From contig OZ024742.1 in the NCBI GenBank assembly GCA_964016885.1, positions 179,056,001 to 179,120,000 on the forward strand: a stretch of 64,000 bases of DNA. Direction: 5' to 3'. Below, one piece after another: positions 22,209-35,535 of this stretch; within the stretch, counting starts at the first letter, position 1, and every line of letters starts with the position of its first letter. The translations under genes and the position numbers were made by a program. The notes under the pieces are model-generated. The model made no database searches, was not told where the DNA came from, and worked only from the letters and a program-made list of their open reading frames with translations. The stretch comes from Eledone cirrhosa. Lineage: Eukaryota.

Positions 22209-24842
22209 ATGGCCAATATAAGAGTTGGATGTGTGAACGTACGCGGCCTGGGGATGCCCTGGAAACAGGGCAAACTCTTAAATGACCTCAGGTCGCACAG
22301 TATGGATGTGGTAGCCATTTGCGAGTCCTGGATCCACGGCGAGCGACAGCTGGCCCCCATCTTCGATGACTTTGAGATCTACGCATCTCTCTGTCAACCG
22401 GGAGGTGGGGGCGGAGTTGCCGTTTTGCTGCGGAAACACCTGGGCCTCGTAACACAGACGGTACATCTGGACCCGGAGGGTCGACTGGTGGTCCTAGACG
22501 TTGACGGTAGTGAAGGTGGAGCCTTCAGGCTGGTGGCCGCATATGCCCCATCCGGGACACCGCGGCCAGACTTCTTCAAACGTCTAGAGACTTTTCTGGG
22601 AACGTCCCGCTCCTTGCTTTTAGTGGGGGACTGGAATGGAATCATAGATGCACGTTGGGACTATGTGGGAGCATGTCCCGATAAAGCGGGGTGTAACAGC
22701 CTCAAACAGTTAATCGACCGATTTGACCTGGCCGATAGATATCGACTAGATTTTCCGACTGCGCCACTGTGGACGTGGAGTAATCGTAGCGGAACATCTA
22801 GATCGTACCTAGATAGGGTTCTAGTTAGAAATAAGGATAGGGACATATTAAGCTGCCCACAAATGTTCATGGTTGCCTATTCAGATCACAAACTAGTGAC
22901 CTGCATGGCCAACCTTGATAGAACCCATAGACAAGGACCCGGCTACTGGAAGCTGAACTTGTCGTTACCGACAAGCAAAGTCTACAGTAGACGGATTAGC
23001 ACTTTAGTTAAACAGCACTTGACAGGGGCCATTGTCAACAACAGATGGTGGTACTCTCTCAAGAGGGCAGTTAGATTAGACTCGATAGTTTTTAGTAAAG
23101 AATTAGCGTTAGATAGAAATAGAACCGAGAAGGAACTGGTAGATAAAGTAGAAGAGGCAATTAGAAGTGGCAACGTAGCCAGCGTGCTAGCAACGAGAAC
23201 GGCCTTAGACCAGTTCTTCGACGCAAAGCACGAGGGCTGCGTTGTCAGAAGCAAAATACGTGCTCTGGAAAACGAGGGAGCCAAAGCTGTTAGCTGGGCC
23301 CGAGTGACGGAGGCAAAAAGTGGCAACAAGTCCACGATTCGGTCTTTGAAGGACCAAAACGGACGCGTGATACGTGAGCCGAAGCGGATGTGTGCGGCTT
23401 TTCAGCGGCACTTTGCTCGACTGTTCGGGAGGGGCGCCGCGCCGGAAGAGGCTATGGATTTCGGTCCATACCTCGACGGCCTACCGCGACTCTCGGACAG
23501 CGAGGCGAAGTTCTGCGAAAAGCCGATTTCAGCCACTGAGATAGAGGACGCGCTGAGCCAAGGCGACAAACGCAAATCTCCAGGTCTCGACGGTCTACCC
23601 TACGAATTTTACGTAGCAATGCCGGAATTATTCCCCGGTCTCCTGGAAGCGGTCTACTGCAACTGGCAACAGAACGGGAGAATTCCCAGTTCTGTAACCG
23701 GGGGCGTGGTCACACTAATCAGGAAGGACGAGAATAAGGGGGATGACATAGGCAACTTCCGGCCCATAACTCTGCTAAACACAGAGTTACAGATTTTGGC
23801 CAAGGTGTTGGCAAAGAGGCTGGCGCTTATCGTCGAGAACCTGGTGGGAGAAGCGCAGACATGCGCAATCCCGACCAGGTCCATACACGACAACCTCCAC
23901 CTCATGCGATACATCATAGAGAGGGTAGGGTGTAAACCCGGCTTCGGTGGGGCCCTGATCAACTTGGATCAGTCTAAGGCTTTCGATAGGGTTGACCATC
24001 GTTACCTGGATGCGGTGCTCGAGGCGGCAGGCTTCGGACCCGTATTCAGGGGCTGGATTGCTGCAATGCACAACAGCAACATCTGCTCAAGGGTCAAGGT
24101 GAACGGCTACCTCTCGGAGCCGTTCCATATTACGCGATCCATTCGACAGGGATGCCCTCTCTCCTCCCTTCTGCACGTACTGACTCTCGAGCCACTACTG
24201 CGGAAGCTGGAGCTATTGCAGGGCATCCCTCTGGAACCGGGACTGCGGAAAGCGGCGTCGGCCTACGCCGACGACGTGACATTAATGGTGTCGAGCGCCT
24301 CGCAAATCGAGGAAGTCGGCACCTTACTGAAGGAATACGAAAGTCTCACAGGAGCGAAGCTGAACCGGGACAAGTCCATCGGTTTGCAACTCGGATCGTG
24401 GAGAGGCAAACCGATGCCTTCCGATGGCGTCGTCGGACGCTGGACGGAAGGACCGGTAAAGCTGCTCGGGGTCTGGTTTGGTCCGGACCTCCAGGTGGAG
24501 AAGAACTGGAACGAAGTGACGGCCAAGATGTTTGCACTCACCCAGAAGTGGGCCGAGTGCAAACTATCCTTGAAAGGTCGAGCGGAGGTGGCGAACACTT
24601 TTATAGCGTCCGCCATCTACTACCGCTTGACCGTCGTGCCTTGTCCAGCCAAAACGCTCGCCAAAATGGAGCGCGCACTCTTCCGATTCCTTTGGAAGAG
24701 GCGGGCTCCTTTGGTGAGAAGATCCATCTGCTGCCAACACCCTTCTAACGGAGGGCTGGGGATGCCGTGGTTGACGATGCGCAAACACGCGCTCAGGCTG
24801 CGGCATCTCTACGTATTCCTCACCGGACAACCGGTGTGGGCC
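22209..24842 (+). pseudogene. Tx1-C1 ORF2 (EN and RT open, C-terminal CCHC region lost)
   Basis: CVNVRGL, GDWN, SYLDR, SDHK, KSPGLDG, FRPITLLN, IRQGCPLS, YADD in one frame. Confidence 0.93.
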
Positions 24843-25131
24843 CCTTCTTTTTATGCCTTTATGGTAAATAAAGAAATATATCTATCTATTATCTATCTGA
24901 TCCTAGCTGTCGTCTGTTCTACAGTGTGGATGTAATTCACTTCGCGCAGAAGTTTTGTTCAAATTTATTGCGGAAATTTTGTGAGTTCAAATTTAATTTT
25001 GATACGATTGTGTAGCTTGACCCCCCGTCTGAACTGTCAGGCGGTGGGTCAGCTCATCTTTACCCCTCCTAGAGGTGAAAAACCTGTTTTAAAAAAATTT
25101 GTGGCAAAAAAATTTCAATCGTCTAACAGAA

Positions 25132-27023
25132 ATGTTAAACGCAGCGAACGAAAATAGTGGTGGGGGTACAGCGGTAAGAGTTGTAAGCTCGCACGCTTTA
25201 GTCCCCCCTTCTTTCCCAACTAACGTCATAGGGAAGGAAGGAAAAATTAAAATAAAAACAGACGAATCTGCGGAGAAAAAAAATGACGAAAACACAAATC
25301 TGGACATGGATTCCAACAACGAAAAAAAAAAATTTGAAAAATTGCATGACAATACTAATAACAAAGACACAACAAACACAAAAATAACATTTGAAAATAA
25401 CACCATAACAGAAAGCAAAGCAGACGACAAGATTTCATTTGCACAGACAACAAAGAAATCTTTGACTTATATACCCGAAAATATTTCAGATGTGGCACGA
25501 AGAATCACAGACGTCAAACAATACATAAGTGAAGGAGAGAATGGTATTTTATCGGTAAAAATGCCTCAAGAATTCACGAAAGACATTGAAAGCCGAACGG
25601 TCAAGTTCCGCACCATCAACAACACTTCGAAAAAACCTGAACAGCCTTCTCAAGCAGATATCAAAACAGTACTCACAGAAGTACTTAATGAAACCAGTTT
25701 CATAAGAAAAGACAGACTGTATGGAAGCCTAGCAATTATCATGAAGAACGAATCGGCGGCAAAAAAATGTGCTTTGTCACCGATTCGTTCGAAAATTTTT
25801 ACCTTTTATCCATCTTATATGGGGAAAAGAACTCAACGCATATGGCTGGATGCAATGATGCCAGATGTGGACTACTGCTGGCTCATAGCTGGCTTCATCG
25901 ATCCAGTGAATGACAACGTGATTTCCATTGGGAAAACCACAGGCAATGCGTTCAGTGGAACAGGTATAGAGCTGGTAGTGTAAATGAAGCCTGAACGCAT
26001 CGCCCAAATACCCGACAGAATCCTATTAGAGGGCCACGGGTATATAAACATTAGCGTGGAGGGGAGAAGGCCGTCCTGCCATATCTGTGCAGGCAGAGGG
26101 CACCTGAAGGCCGCTTCTCCCCAACTCAACAAAAAGAAAACCCTGCTACCAACACCAGCTCCACCACCACCATCACAACAGATAAACAAACAACAAAACT
26201 CAGTCCCACCCAACCCGTCTCTCAGTAAAACCACACCACCACCACAACACAAACAGTCACAACACATTACCCCAAAACAAAATACAGGCCCACCCAACCT
26301 CTCACTCAATAAAACAACACAACCACCGCAGACACAACACACAACACAGTCTAACATAGTGACATCCATCTCCCCCACAAAGAAAACCAACACGGAAACA
26401 TTACCAACAAACATATCTCTTCCCTCCAACACTGAAGATAACCCAACGAATTCGGAGGAAGAAACGGAGTCCTTCAGACAGATTAAAAGGAAAAAAAGAA
26501 AACATGTGCAAAACACACAAGGCCAAACAACCCCCACCCAAATCTCAACACAATCCAACAAAATAGAAAACACCCCTCCAGCAACAAACAAAACCAAACC
26601 TGCCCCTCCCCTCTTCGAAACACTCACACCATCCGAAAAAAAGACATTACACTATACTTACATCAACAGAAACAATAATAAATTAAATGAACTCATAAAC
26701 AATAATCCTTCGGTACAAACCGAAGGTGTAAACTTTGTTTCTTCAGAAAACTACCCACATTTAAAATTAATAAAGATCCCAATGAACCTCTACCAAAAAC
26801 TAAAAAAGGATTTTAAGGAGGACGTAGGACCACCCTCTGTCAAACCCATAAACCGCGTCCTACTAAAAAGCTTTCCCCCTCCCCTTCCCCTCCCCAACAC
26901 AACTCCAAACACCCCAACCCCACCACACACTGACGACCCCACACCACCACAAGACACCCCTTCACCCAACACCCCCGACCCATGGAAGTCGTGCAACCCG
27001 AACCCCGGGAAGCGGAAAGGTAG
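25132..27023 (+). pseudogene. Tx1-C2 ORF1 (in-frame stop at 25981; probable late frameshift)
   Basis: ORFs 25099-25983 and 25984-27069 are contiguous in frame; VEGRRPSCHICAGRGHLKAAS knuckle with last Cys lost; an alternative frame gives MEVVQPEPREAER*, matching C1 MEIVRPGSQEAKGE*. Confidence 0.87.
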
Positions 27024-27056
27024 GTCTCTACACTCTCCTTTGGCTCTGCCGCCCAC

Positions 27057-30000
27057 ATGGATGTGTTAAGAGTAGGATGTTTGAATGCACGTGGCCTGGG
27101 CTCAACTTGGAAGCAAGCAAAGCTTCAAATTGACCTCAGGTCATGTAGTATAAATGTAATGGTTATCTGTGAGACTCGAATCAGCGTCGTGCGGCAGCTG
27201 GCCCCTACCTTCGATGACTTTGAGGTGCATGCATCTCTCTGTCAACCTGGAGGTGGGGGTGGGGTTGTCGTACTGCTGCAAAAACACCTGGGTCTTGCCG
27301 TACAGGTTGTGCACTCGGACCCGGAGGGTCGTTTGTTGGTGCTAGACGTTGGCAGTAGTGAAAGTGCGGCCTTGAGACTGGTCGCCGTCTACTCCCCTTT
27401 CGGAGCTGAACGGCCCGACTTCTTCCAGCGTTTAGAGACTTTTCTGGGAACGTCGCGTTCCCTGCTTCTAGCGGGGGATTGGAATGACATCCTAGATGCA
27501 CGTTGGGACTATGCAGGAGCATGTCCTAATAGAGGGGGGTGTAACAGCCTCAAGGGGTTACTCGACCGTTTTAACTTGGTCGATAGATATCGACTAGATT
27601 TTCCAACTGTGCCTACCTGGACTTGGAGAAACCACAGTGGTCAATCTAGATCGTACTTAGATAGATTCTTAGTTAGAAGTAAGGATAGGGACATATTAAG
27701 CTGTCCAGAAATGCGCACGGTTGGATACACGGATCACAAATTAGTAACCTGCGTAGTCAATCTCGAGAAAACACATAAACAGGATCCCGGTTACTGGAAA
27801 CTTAATTTGTCTTTACCGGCAAAAGAGACTTACAGAAACCGGATTAGCAGATTAGTTAAGGAGAGGTTGACGGGTGCAATCGTCAACAACCGATGGTGGG
27901 CATCTCTCAAAAGAGAGATTAAAACAGAATCAATAAGTTATAGCAAGATGTTAGCTGCCGATAGGAATAGAAACGAGAAAGAATTAACAGGTAAATTAGA
28001 AGAGGCAATCAAGAGCGAAGATGTGGCCAGAGTGCTGGCATCGAAGACGGCCTTGAACCAGTTTTTCGATGCAAAGCACGAAGGCTGCGTCATTCGAAGT
28101 AAAATACGTGCTCTAGGTAATGAGGGGGCCAAAGCCGTTGGCTGGGCCCGCGTGACAGAAGCTAAGAGTGGAAATCGATCCACCATCCGGTCGTTGCAAG
28201 ACGAAGATGGACGGGTGATCCGGGAGCCTAAGCAGATGTGCGAGGCCTTTCAAAGGCACTTTGCCCGATTGTTCGGGGGAGGCAAGGGTCCGGGCGGGGG
28301 CGTGGATTTCGGTCCATACCTCGACGGCCTGCCGCGTCTCTCGAGCGAAGAGGCAGAGTCCTGCGAGGGACCAATCTCGGCTGATGAGATCGGAGATGCG
28401 CTGAGCCAATGCAGCAGACGCAAATCTCCAGGTCTCGATGGTATACCTTACGAATTTTATTTAGCAATGCCGGTCTTCTTCTCCGAACTCCTCGAAGCGG
28501 TCTACTGCAATTGGCAGCAGAACGGGAGAATTCCTTGTTCTGTAGCCAAGGGCGTAGTCACGCTGGTGAGGAAGGACGAGAACAAGGGAGATAGTATAAA
28601 TAATTTTCGGCCCATAACCCTGCTAAACACAGAGTTAAAGATTTTGGCCAAGGTGTTAGCAAAGAGGTTGGCACTTGTCGTGGGTGGCCTGGTGGGAGAT
28701 GCGCAGACATGTGCTATCCCATCCAGGTCCATTCACGATAACCTTCACTTCATGCGATACATCATAGAGAGGGTTGGCAACAAACCCGGCTTCGGTGGGG
28801 CCCTGATCAACTTGGATCAGTCTAAGGCCTTCGATAGGGTCGACCATGGCTACCTGGATGCGGTGCTAGCGGCGGCTGGGTTCGGTCCTGTTTTCAGAGG
28901 CTGGATCACTGCCTTACATAGCAACCACATCTGTTCTAGGATCAAGGTGAACGGCTACCTTTCGAAGCCGTTCGAAATCACACGATCCATTCGACAGGGG
29001 TGCCCTCTCTCCTCCCTTCTGTACGTATTGACTCTCGAGCCTTTACTGAGGAAGTTAGAGTTGTTGCAGGGTATCCCCCTGGAACCAGGATTGAGCAAAG
29101 CGGTGTCGGCCTACGCCGATGACGTAACAGTAATGGTATCGACCGACTCGGAGATCGAGGCGATCGGTACCTTACTGGAGGATTACGAAAGGTTGTCAGG
29201 AGCGAAACTGAACCGGGAAAAATCCATCGGGCTGCAACTCGGAACATGGAGAGGCAGACCGATGTCTCCCGTCGGTGTCGTCGGACACTGGACGGAGGGC
29301 CTGGTAAAGTTGCTTGGGGTCTGGTTTGGACCGAACCTCCAGGTGGAAAAGAACTGGAACGAGGTTACGAACAAGGTGTTTGCACTAACCCAGAAATGGG
29401 CCAAGTGTAAGCTGTCCCTAAAAGGCCGGGCGGAGGTGGCGAACATTTACATAGCGTCCGTCACTTACTACCGCCTGACTGTCGTGCCTTGCCCTAAGGA
29501 AACACTCACCACCATGGAACGCATGCTCTTCCAATTTCTTTGGAAGAAGCGCCCTCCTATGGTGAGAAGATCCATCTGCTGCCAACAACCTTCGAAAGGA
29601 GGGCTGAGGATGCCGTGGTTGATGATGCGTAGGCACGCATTAAGGCTACGGCACCTACAGGTATTCCTCACTGGTCAACCGGTGTGGGCTCCGTTCGTGA
29701 AACGAGCCTTTCCGAGACTCGTCTCGCTCAACGAGCTACAGTCCTGGGTCAAGCAAAGATCCGGAAAACTGGGAGACTGGCACACTGAGTGTGCTCAGGC
29801 GCTCAGGGCTCTCTGGCAAGCGGGCCAGGCCATCGGTGGAGAATCCACCTCATCATTCTATAGAGGGCTGGTGGCTAGCAGGGGCGATGACACCCTTGGA
29901 GAGTCGCTAGACATGGAGGAAGACGAACTGGCCAGCCTGTTCGGTAGGACTTTCGGCCCAGGACCAATGGACAACTTCCAGAAGTCACTGGCTTGGCAGT

Positions 30001-30494
30001 GCTACCGAGGGGCTCTACCCGTTCGAGAGAGGCTCTACAGACACGGGCGCCCGGGCAGGGATCCCTCAAAAAAGATTTGCCCTAGATGCGTGCGTCACGA
30101 AGAAACCGTTGCGCACGCATTGGTGCAATGTCCGGGCGTGACTGATCTGTGGGGCTACGCCGAACGACTGCTGCCGCGGGTGGCGCCGATTCAATTGACC
30201 GCCGAGTCCGTGATGACAATCAAGCCGCCTCCTCTCTTCACAAAGGAAGCAAAGGCGGTTTTTCTGTGAGTAATAGCCATGTTGAAAGAGGTTGTTTGGT
30301 GGACACGATTGAAAGGACTGAGGTCAGGCAACTTCCTCTCTGGCCAGAGTCTGGTCTACTTCTTCCGATATCACTTTGGAAGAAGGATAAGAATGGAGAG
30401 AGAGGTGCTTGGCCACAGGCAGTTTTATGAAAGGTGGGTGATAGTGGCGAGAATGGCTCGTGTAAATGGGCCTTCTCTGTATATCATCCTGTAG
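27057..30494 (+). pseudogene. Tx1-C2 ORF2 (EN-RT-CCHC), single premature TGA at 30267-30269
   Basis: 1070-aa ORF continued in frame by 30279-30494; all EN and RT motifs present; CPRCVRHEETVAHALVQC. Confidence 0.95.
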
Positions 30495-30685
30495 GTAAAG
30501 AAGTAAAGGAGAGGGGAGCACCTTCTCCATGTGCTCCCCGGGCAAAGGATTGCACACTTCACGTCCCCTCCCTTTTGAGGTTATTTTCGATTATTTTCAT
30601 GTTATACCCTATTTACTCGATTGTATGTAAACTCCCCTTTGTATTTGTCACTTCTTTTTATGCCTTTATGGTAAATAAAGAAATA

Positions 30686-30727
<42 letters not shown>

Positions 30728-30773
30728 TATCTATCTATCTATTATCTATATATCTATCTATTATCTATCTATA

Positions 30774-30855
<82 letters not shown>

Positions 30856-30879
30856 ATCTATATATCTATCTATCTATCA

Positions 30880-31265
30880 ACAACTGATTCTTTTTTTCAA
30901 ATACCACTTTGGAAGAAGAATCAGGATGGAGAGAGAGGTGCTGTACCCCAGCAAGTTTTATGAAAGGTGGGTGAAAGTGGCGAGAATGGCCCGAGTGAAT
31001 GGGCCTTCTCTCTATATCAGCCTGTAGGTTGAGGAAAAGGAGGAGGAGAGGAAAGGAGTACAAACTCTTCTTACTTCTGGAGATGAGGGTTGCACATTTT
31101 TTCGGGGGTATGTGTTACCCATATGAACTGTCTCCCCCTATTGGGGAAAATCGACTATTTTTTTAAATTGCATTTGTGATAACATTTTACACGTTTTTAT
31201 TGTATGTAAACTTCCCACTTTGTATTTGTCCCCTTCTTTTGTGCCCCTGTGGCTAATAAAGAAAC
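30880..31265 (+). mobile_element. 5'-truncated Tx1-C 3' fragment (ORF2 end plus 3'UTR)
   Basis: FFKYHFGRRIRMEREVL..ARMARVNGPSLYISL*; (TCTA)n on both sides. Confidence 0.9.
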
Positions 31266-31266
31266 A

Positions 31267-31350
<84 letters not shown>

Positions 31351-31352
<2 letters not shown>

Positions 31353-32691
31353 CTGTTGTTTTACTTGAAACGTGTGCCAGTTCGCTGGTAAGTTTTTGTT
31401 GATTTTCTAAGTAAGAAATCAAAAATGTATTGTTAAATTTGATACTATTTTATAGCTTGACACCACGTCTGGACTTTCAGACGGTGGGTCAAGTCACCTT
31501 CACCCCTCCCTGGGGTGAAATTTTCGTTTGAAAAAATTTCGTCGGTGAAAAAATTGTAAACAAATGTTGCATTCAGTCATGGATGCTGCGTCAAGTATTA
31601 GAAGTGGTGGAGAGGCGGTAAAAGTGTTAAGCTCGCAGTCACCTCCTCTCACCACCTCATTGAAAGACGTCGAAAATGTCATCAGTTTTGAAAACACGAT
31701 GTCGGACGTTGATTGTAACATCAACACTAACACAAACACCAATAACATGCAAAATATAAACAACACCAACCAGAACAACAACAACAACAATAATAATGGC
31801 AACAAGAACAACAGCAAAAATGATAACAACATATACGAGTTTGATGTGTGAATGTACGCGGCCTGGGGATGCCTTGGAAACAGGGCAAACTCTTAAACGA
31901 CCCCAGGTCGCACAGTATGGATGTAGTAGCCATTTGCGAGCCCAGGATCCACAGCGAGCGACAGCTGGCCCCCATCTTCGACGACTTTGAGATCTACGCA
32001 TCTCTCTGTCAACCGGGAGGTGGGGGCGGAGTTGCCATTTTGCTGCGGAAACACCTGGGCCTCGTAACACAGACGGTACATCTGGACCCGGAGGGTCGAC
32101 TGGTGGTCCTAGACGTTGACGGTAGTGAAGGTGGAGCCTTCAGGCTGGTGGCCGCATATGCTCCATCCGGGACATCACGGCCTGACTTCTTCAAACGTCT
32201 AGAAACTTTTCTGGGAACGACCCGCTCCTTGCTTTTAGTGGGGGGCTGGAATGGAATCATAGATGCACGTTGGGACTATTAGGGAGAATGTCCCGATAAG
32301 GGGGGGGGGGATGTAACAGCCTCAAACAGTTAATCGGCCGATTTGACCTGGCCGATAGATATCGACTAGATTTTCCGACTGTGCCACTGTGGACGTGGAC
32401 TAATCGTAGCGAAACATCTAGATCGTACCTAGATAGGGTTCTAATTAGAAATAAGGATAGGGACATGTTAAGCTGTCCACAAATGTTCATGGTTGCCTAT
32501 TCAGATCACAAACTAGTGACCTGCATTTTCAACCTTGATAGAATCCATAGACAAGGACCCGGCTACTGGAAGCTGAACTTGTCATTACCGACATGCAAAG
32601 CCTACAGTAGACGGATTAGCACTTTAGTTAAACAGCACTTGACAGGGGCCATTGTCAACAACAGATGGTGGTACTCTCTCAAGAGGGCAGT
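31351..32691 (+). mobile_element. Tx1-C3: 5'UTR and ORF1 start fused to a C1-type endonuclease domain, 3'-truncated
   Basis: MDAASSIRSGGEAVKVLSSQS resembles the C1/C2 ORF1 starts; from ~31835 nearly identical to 22215-23070. Confidence 0.88.
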
Positions 32692-32794
32692 CGGCCGATT
32701 AACCCACTCGATATGCAAATTGGGTTCCTCAGCCGTTAATATGCATAAGGAAAGTATATACTTTCGGACGTTCAACTATCTGGCAGGAAGGTAT

Positions 32795-32837
32795 ACGTTG
32801 CTGACGATAGCTAACAAGCTTGAAACTAGTACAGCGT
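32795..32837 (+). ncRNA. Minimal hammerhead ribozyme in a Penelope-like repeat (32692-33010)
   Basis: ACGTTG-CTGACGA-TAGCTAACAAGCTT-GAAA-CTAG-TA-CAGCGT; same family as 48820-49690. Confidence 0.75.
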
Positions 32838-33085
32838 TCCTTTTCAGTGTTGAACAAACGAGCAACGGTGGTTGCTAGACACTACGGCTTAATACGGGAT
32901 GTTTGTTTACAAACACACCGAGCATTATAATAAATGTTTGGTGAATCCATACGTACATATATATATGTGTGCATGTATGTATATATATATACATACTACC
33001 GTACGTCTTTCGTTTCATTTTTTCCGTTTATATATATATATATAAAGAAAATTTCCCTCTACATGGCTGAATAGTTAAAAGTGAG

Positions 33086-33129
33086 CTGTACTGATGAAGG
33101 GTGATACCCAGAAACATTAGTGTCTGCAG
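33086..33129 (+). ncRNA. Minimal hammerhead ribozyme
   Basis: CTGTA-CTGATGA-AGGGTGATACCCA-GAAA-CATTAGTG-TC-TGCAG (GUC cleavage triplet). Confidence 0.78.
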
Positions 33130-33346
33130 GTCTGTTTACATGCCAACACAAGAGCAATAACGAAGGGTTCATTCTACTGACATGACTTTAAAATTGAGGC
33201 TTGTTTGCATAATTGTAAACGAATCGAATGTTATTATTAATATTCGAAAAACTCAGATTATATATATAGGAATAGAGTCAGGACCCCAACGGCTGAGCTC
33301 CGGCCGTTTCGGTAGCTAGATCTAGTTCCTTACCACACTTCCTTCG

Positions 33347-33386
<40 letters not shown>

Positions 33387-33590
33387 CGGACTAAACATTT
33401 TCCCGCTTCTTCCTTTTCCCCCGTTTGTCTTTACTTCTATCTCTACTTCTATTTCTCATTCTATCTCGTGATGACGGAATAACGTCAGAAATGTTATCAT
33501 GAATTTCCTACTATATCAAGCGTTAAACTGGTATATATATCATCCTGGTACTCTATTGTTTCCACGTGTTATTTTTCCTTGCTGTCTTTT

Positions 33591-33642
<52 letters not shown>

Positions 33643-33727
33643 AATGAAAAAAGAAGAAATACCTATGATGACTAATAGACCACTGATGATGGATAGCCCT
33701 GGCTTCTATTTCTAATTCCTCATTTTA

Positions 33728-33774
<47 letters not shown>

Positions 33775-34449
33775 GAAGTTATATTTAAATTGTTGGGATA
33801 CAACAAGCAAAATATTTTTATAACTGATATAAAGCACTCAACAAATTATTGGAGTAAAAATACGATATATTAACAAATGGAAACTATATTTATCAAAACC
33901 ATATTTATTTCATTATACATATTTCATTTCTTTTTCCATACCCCAACGGCCTATTTTAAATCTACTGTGATTTAAACATATCCGACACTAATTTGCATAA
34001 TAGACTAAATAAATTTAATAACCCCACTATCCGGGAGCTTCCAGCAGAAATGGTCGCATTCTTTAAGGGTATGTCAATATTTATGTATAAAACTGATGAA
34101 AGCGCACCATTATTTGACTTGGTGTCCTTGAAATATGTATAATGAAATAAATATGGTTTTATAAATATCGTTTCCATTTGTTAATATATCGTATATATAT
34201 ATATATATATATATACATATATCTTATTAAAATGACAAGAAGTCGGAATAGCTCTTTCGTCACACATTCTGTGACCTCGTCAGTGACTGGGTTTTTACAC
34301 TGAATGTGTGACGAAAGAGATTTGATAATATATACACAACCATCCGGTTGCGGAAACAAGAAGCTAACCGGAAATTTATAGAATATTGAAGTGAAATCTA
34401 GCAGGTGCGTGTGTTTTTATTGGCAGCATAACCCTCCAAAAGTATAACA

Positions 34450-34514
<65 letters not shown>

Positions 34515-34621
34515 TTTATATATATATATATATATATATAACGAAGGAGATGTGGTAAGGAACCAAGTGGACCATAACGCACCAAAGTACTCAATACTTA
34601 GGGTAGTAGAGTGGGTAATGT

Positions 34622-34736
34622 GAACGAGTAAGACCCCGACGGCTGAGCTCAAGCCGTTTCGACGGCTAATTCTGGACTAATTCCAGAATTAGCCGTCGAA
34701 ACGGCTTGAGCTCAGCCGTCGGGGTCTTACTCGTTC
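34622..34736. repeat. Inverted repeat of a half-hammerhead family (also 62811-62932; single arm at 33280-33315)
   Basis: GAAA-CGGCTTGAGCTCAGCCG-TC-GGGGTC in each arm. Confidence 0.8.
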
Positions 34737-35084
34737 CTATATATATATATATATATATATACATATATATATACATATATATATGTATCGTAAATCGACT
34801 AGATTCCTCCCAGAAAATGTATTGTGGTTTTATGTGTATATTAAAAATCATTAGTATTCTCCCCATGGAAACATCGGTAGAGTGACTACCTAAATCCTTC
34901 GCCCTATTTAGTTACACCTCTTTAAGTTCTAAATTTAATTCTCGACGACACTGAATTTACTCTTCATCTTTCCGGTGTCAACAAAATGATTCTCAGTCAA
35001 GTAGTGGGAAATAATTTAACCAAATAGACACTTCCTTCATTCTGTGTGTGGCTTTGTGGCTAGTTGAGGACTAAATCTCTTAGG

Positions 35085-35535
35085 ACAACAACACCAACAA
35101 CAGGACCAATCACAGTAACAGCAACCACAACAAACACAACAACAACACCAACAACAACAACACCAACAACAACAACAATCACAGTAACAGCAACCACAAC
35201 AACACCAACAACAACAACACCAGCAACAACAAAAATCACAGTAACAGCAACCACAACAAACACAACAACAACAACCCCCAACAACAACAACAATCACAGT
35301 AACAGCAACCACAACAAACACAACAGCAACACAATTACAACAACCACAAAAACAACAACAACAACAACAATAACAACAACCAGAGCAATAACAACAACAG
35401 TAACAACAACAACATCAATAACCACAACAACAACCACAACAACAACAGCAATAACCACAACAAAACCCCAGTAACAACCACAACAACAACAACAGCAGCA
35501 ACAAAAACAACAACAACAACAACATTAATAACAAC
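35085..35535. repeat. (CAA)n-derived minisatellite
   Basis: Recurring AATCACAGTAACAGCAACCACAACAA unit. Confidence 0.9.

Larger units (their letters stand above)
20060..24877 (+). mobile_element. Tx1-clade element C1, with about 1 kb of the ORF2 3' end and 3'UTR missing
   Basis: 5'UTR, ORF1 and ORF2; at ~24842 the sequence jumps from TGQPVWAP to the last ~35 bp of the 3'UTR and a TCTA tail. Confidence 0.9.
24900..30683 (+). mobile_element. Full-length Tx1-clade element C2
   Basis: 5'UTR, ORF1, ORF2 and 3'UTR ending GTAAATAAAGAAA followed by long (TCTA)n; TCTA units also at the 5' junction. Confidence 0.93.

Noticed and set aside
34245-34290. Hammerhead-like core on the minus strand (CTGACGA-GGTCAC..GTGAC-GAAA-GAGCTA); similar partial cores at 5979, 6606, 36639, 37825-37855 and 63425-63460
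   Set aside because: Stem I, stem III or the UH site is missing or unpaired; probably decayed copies, not counted as ribozymes
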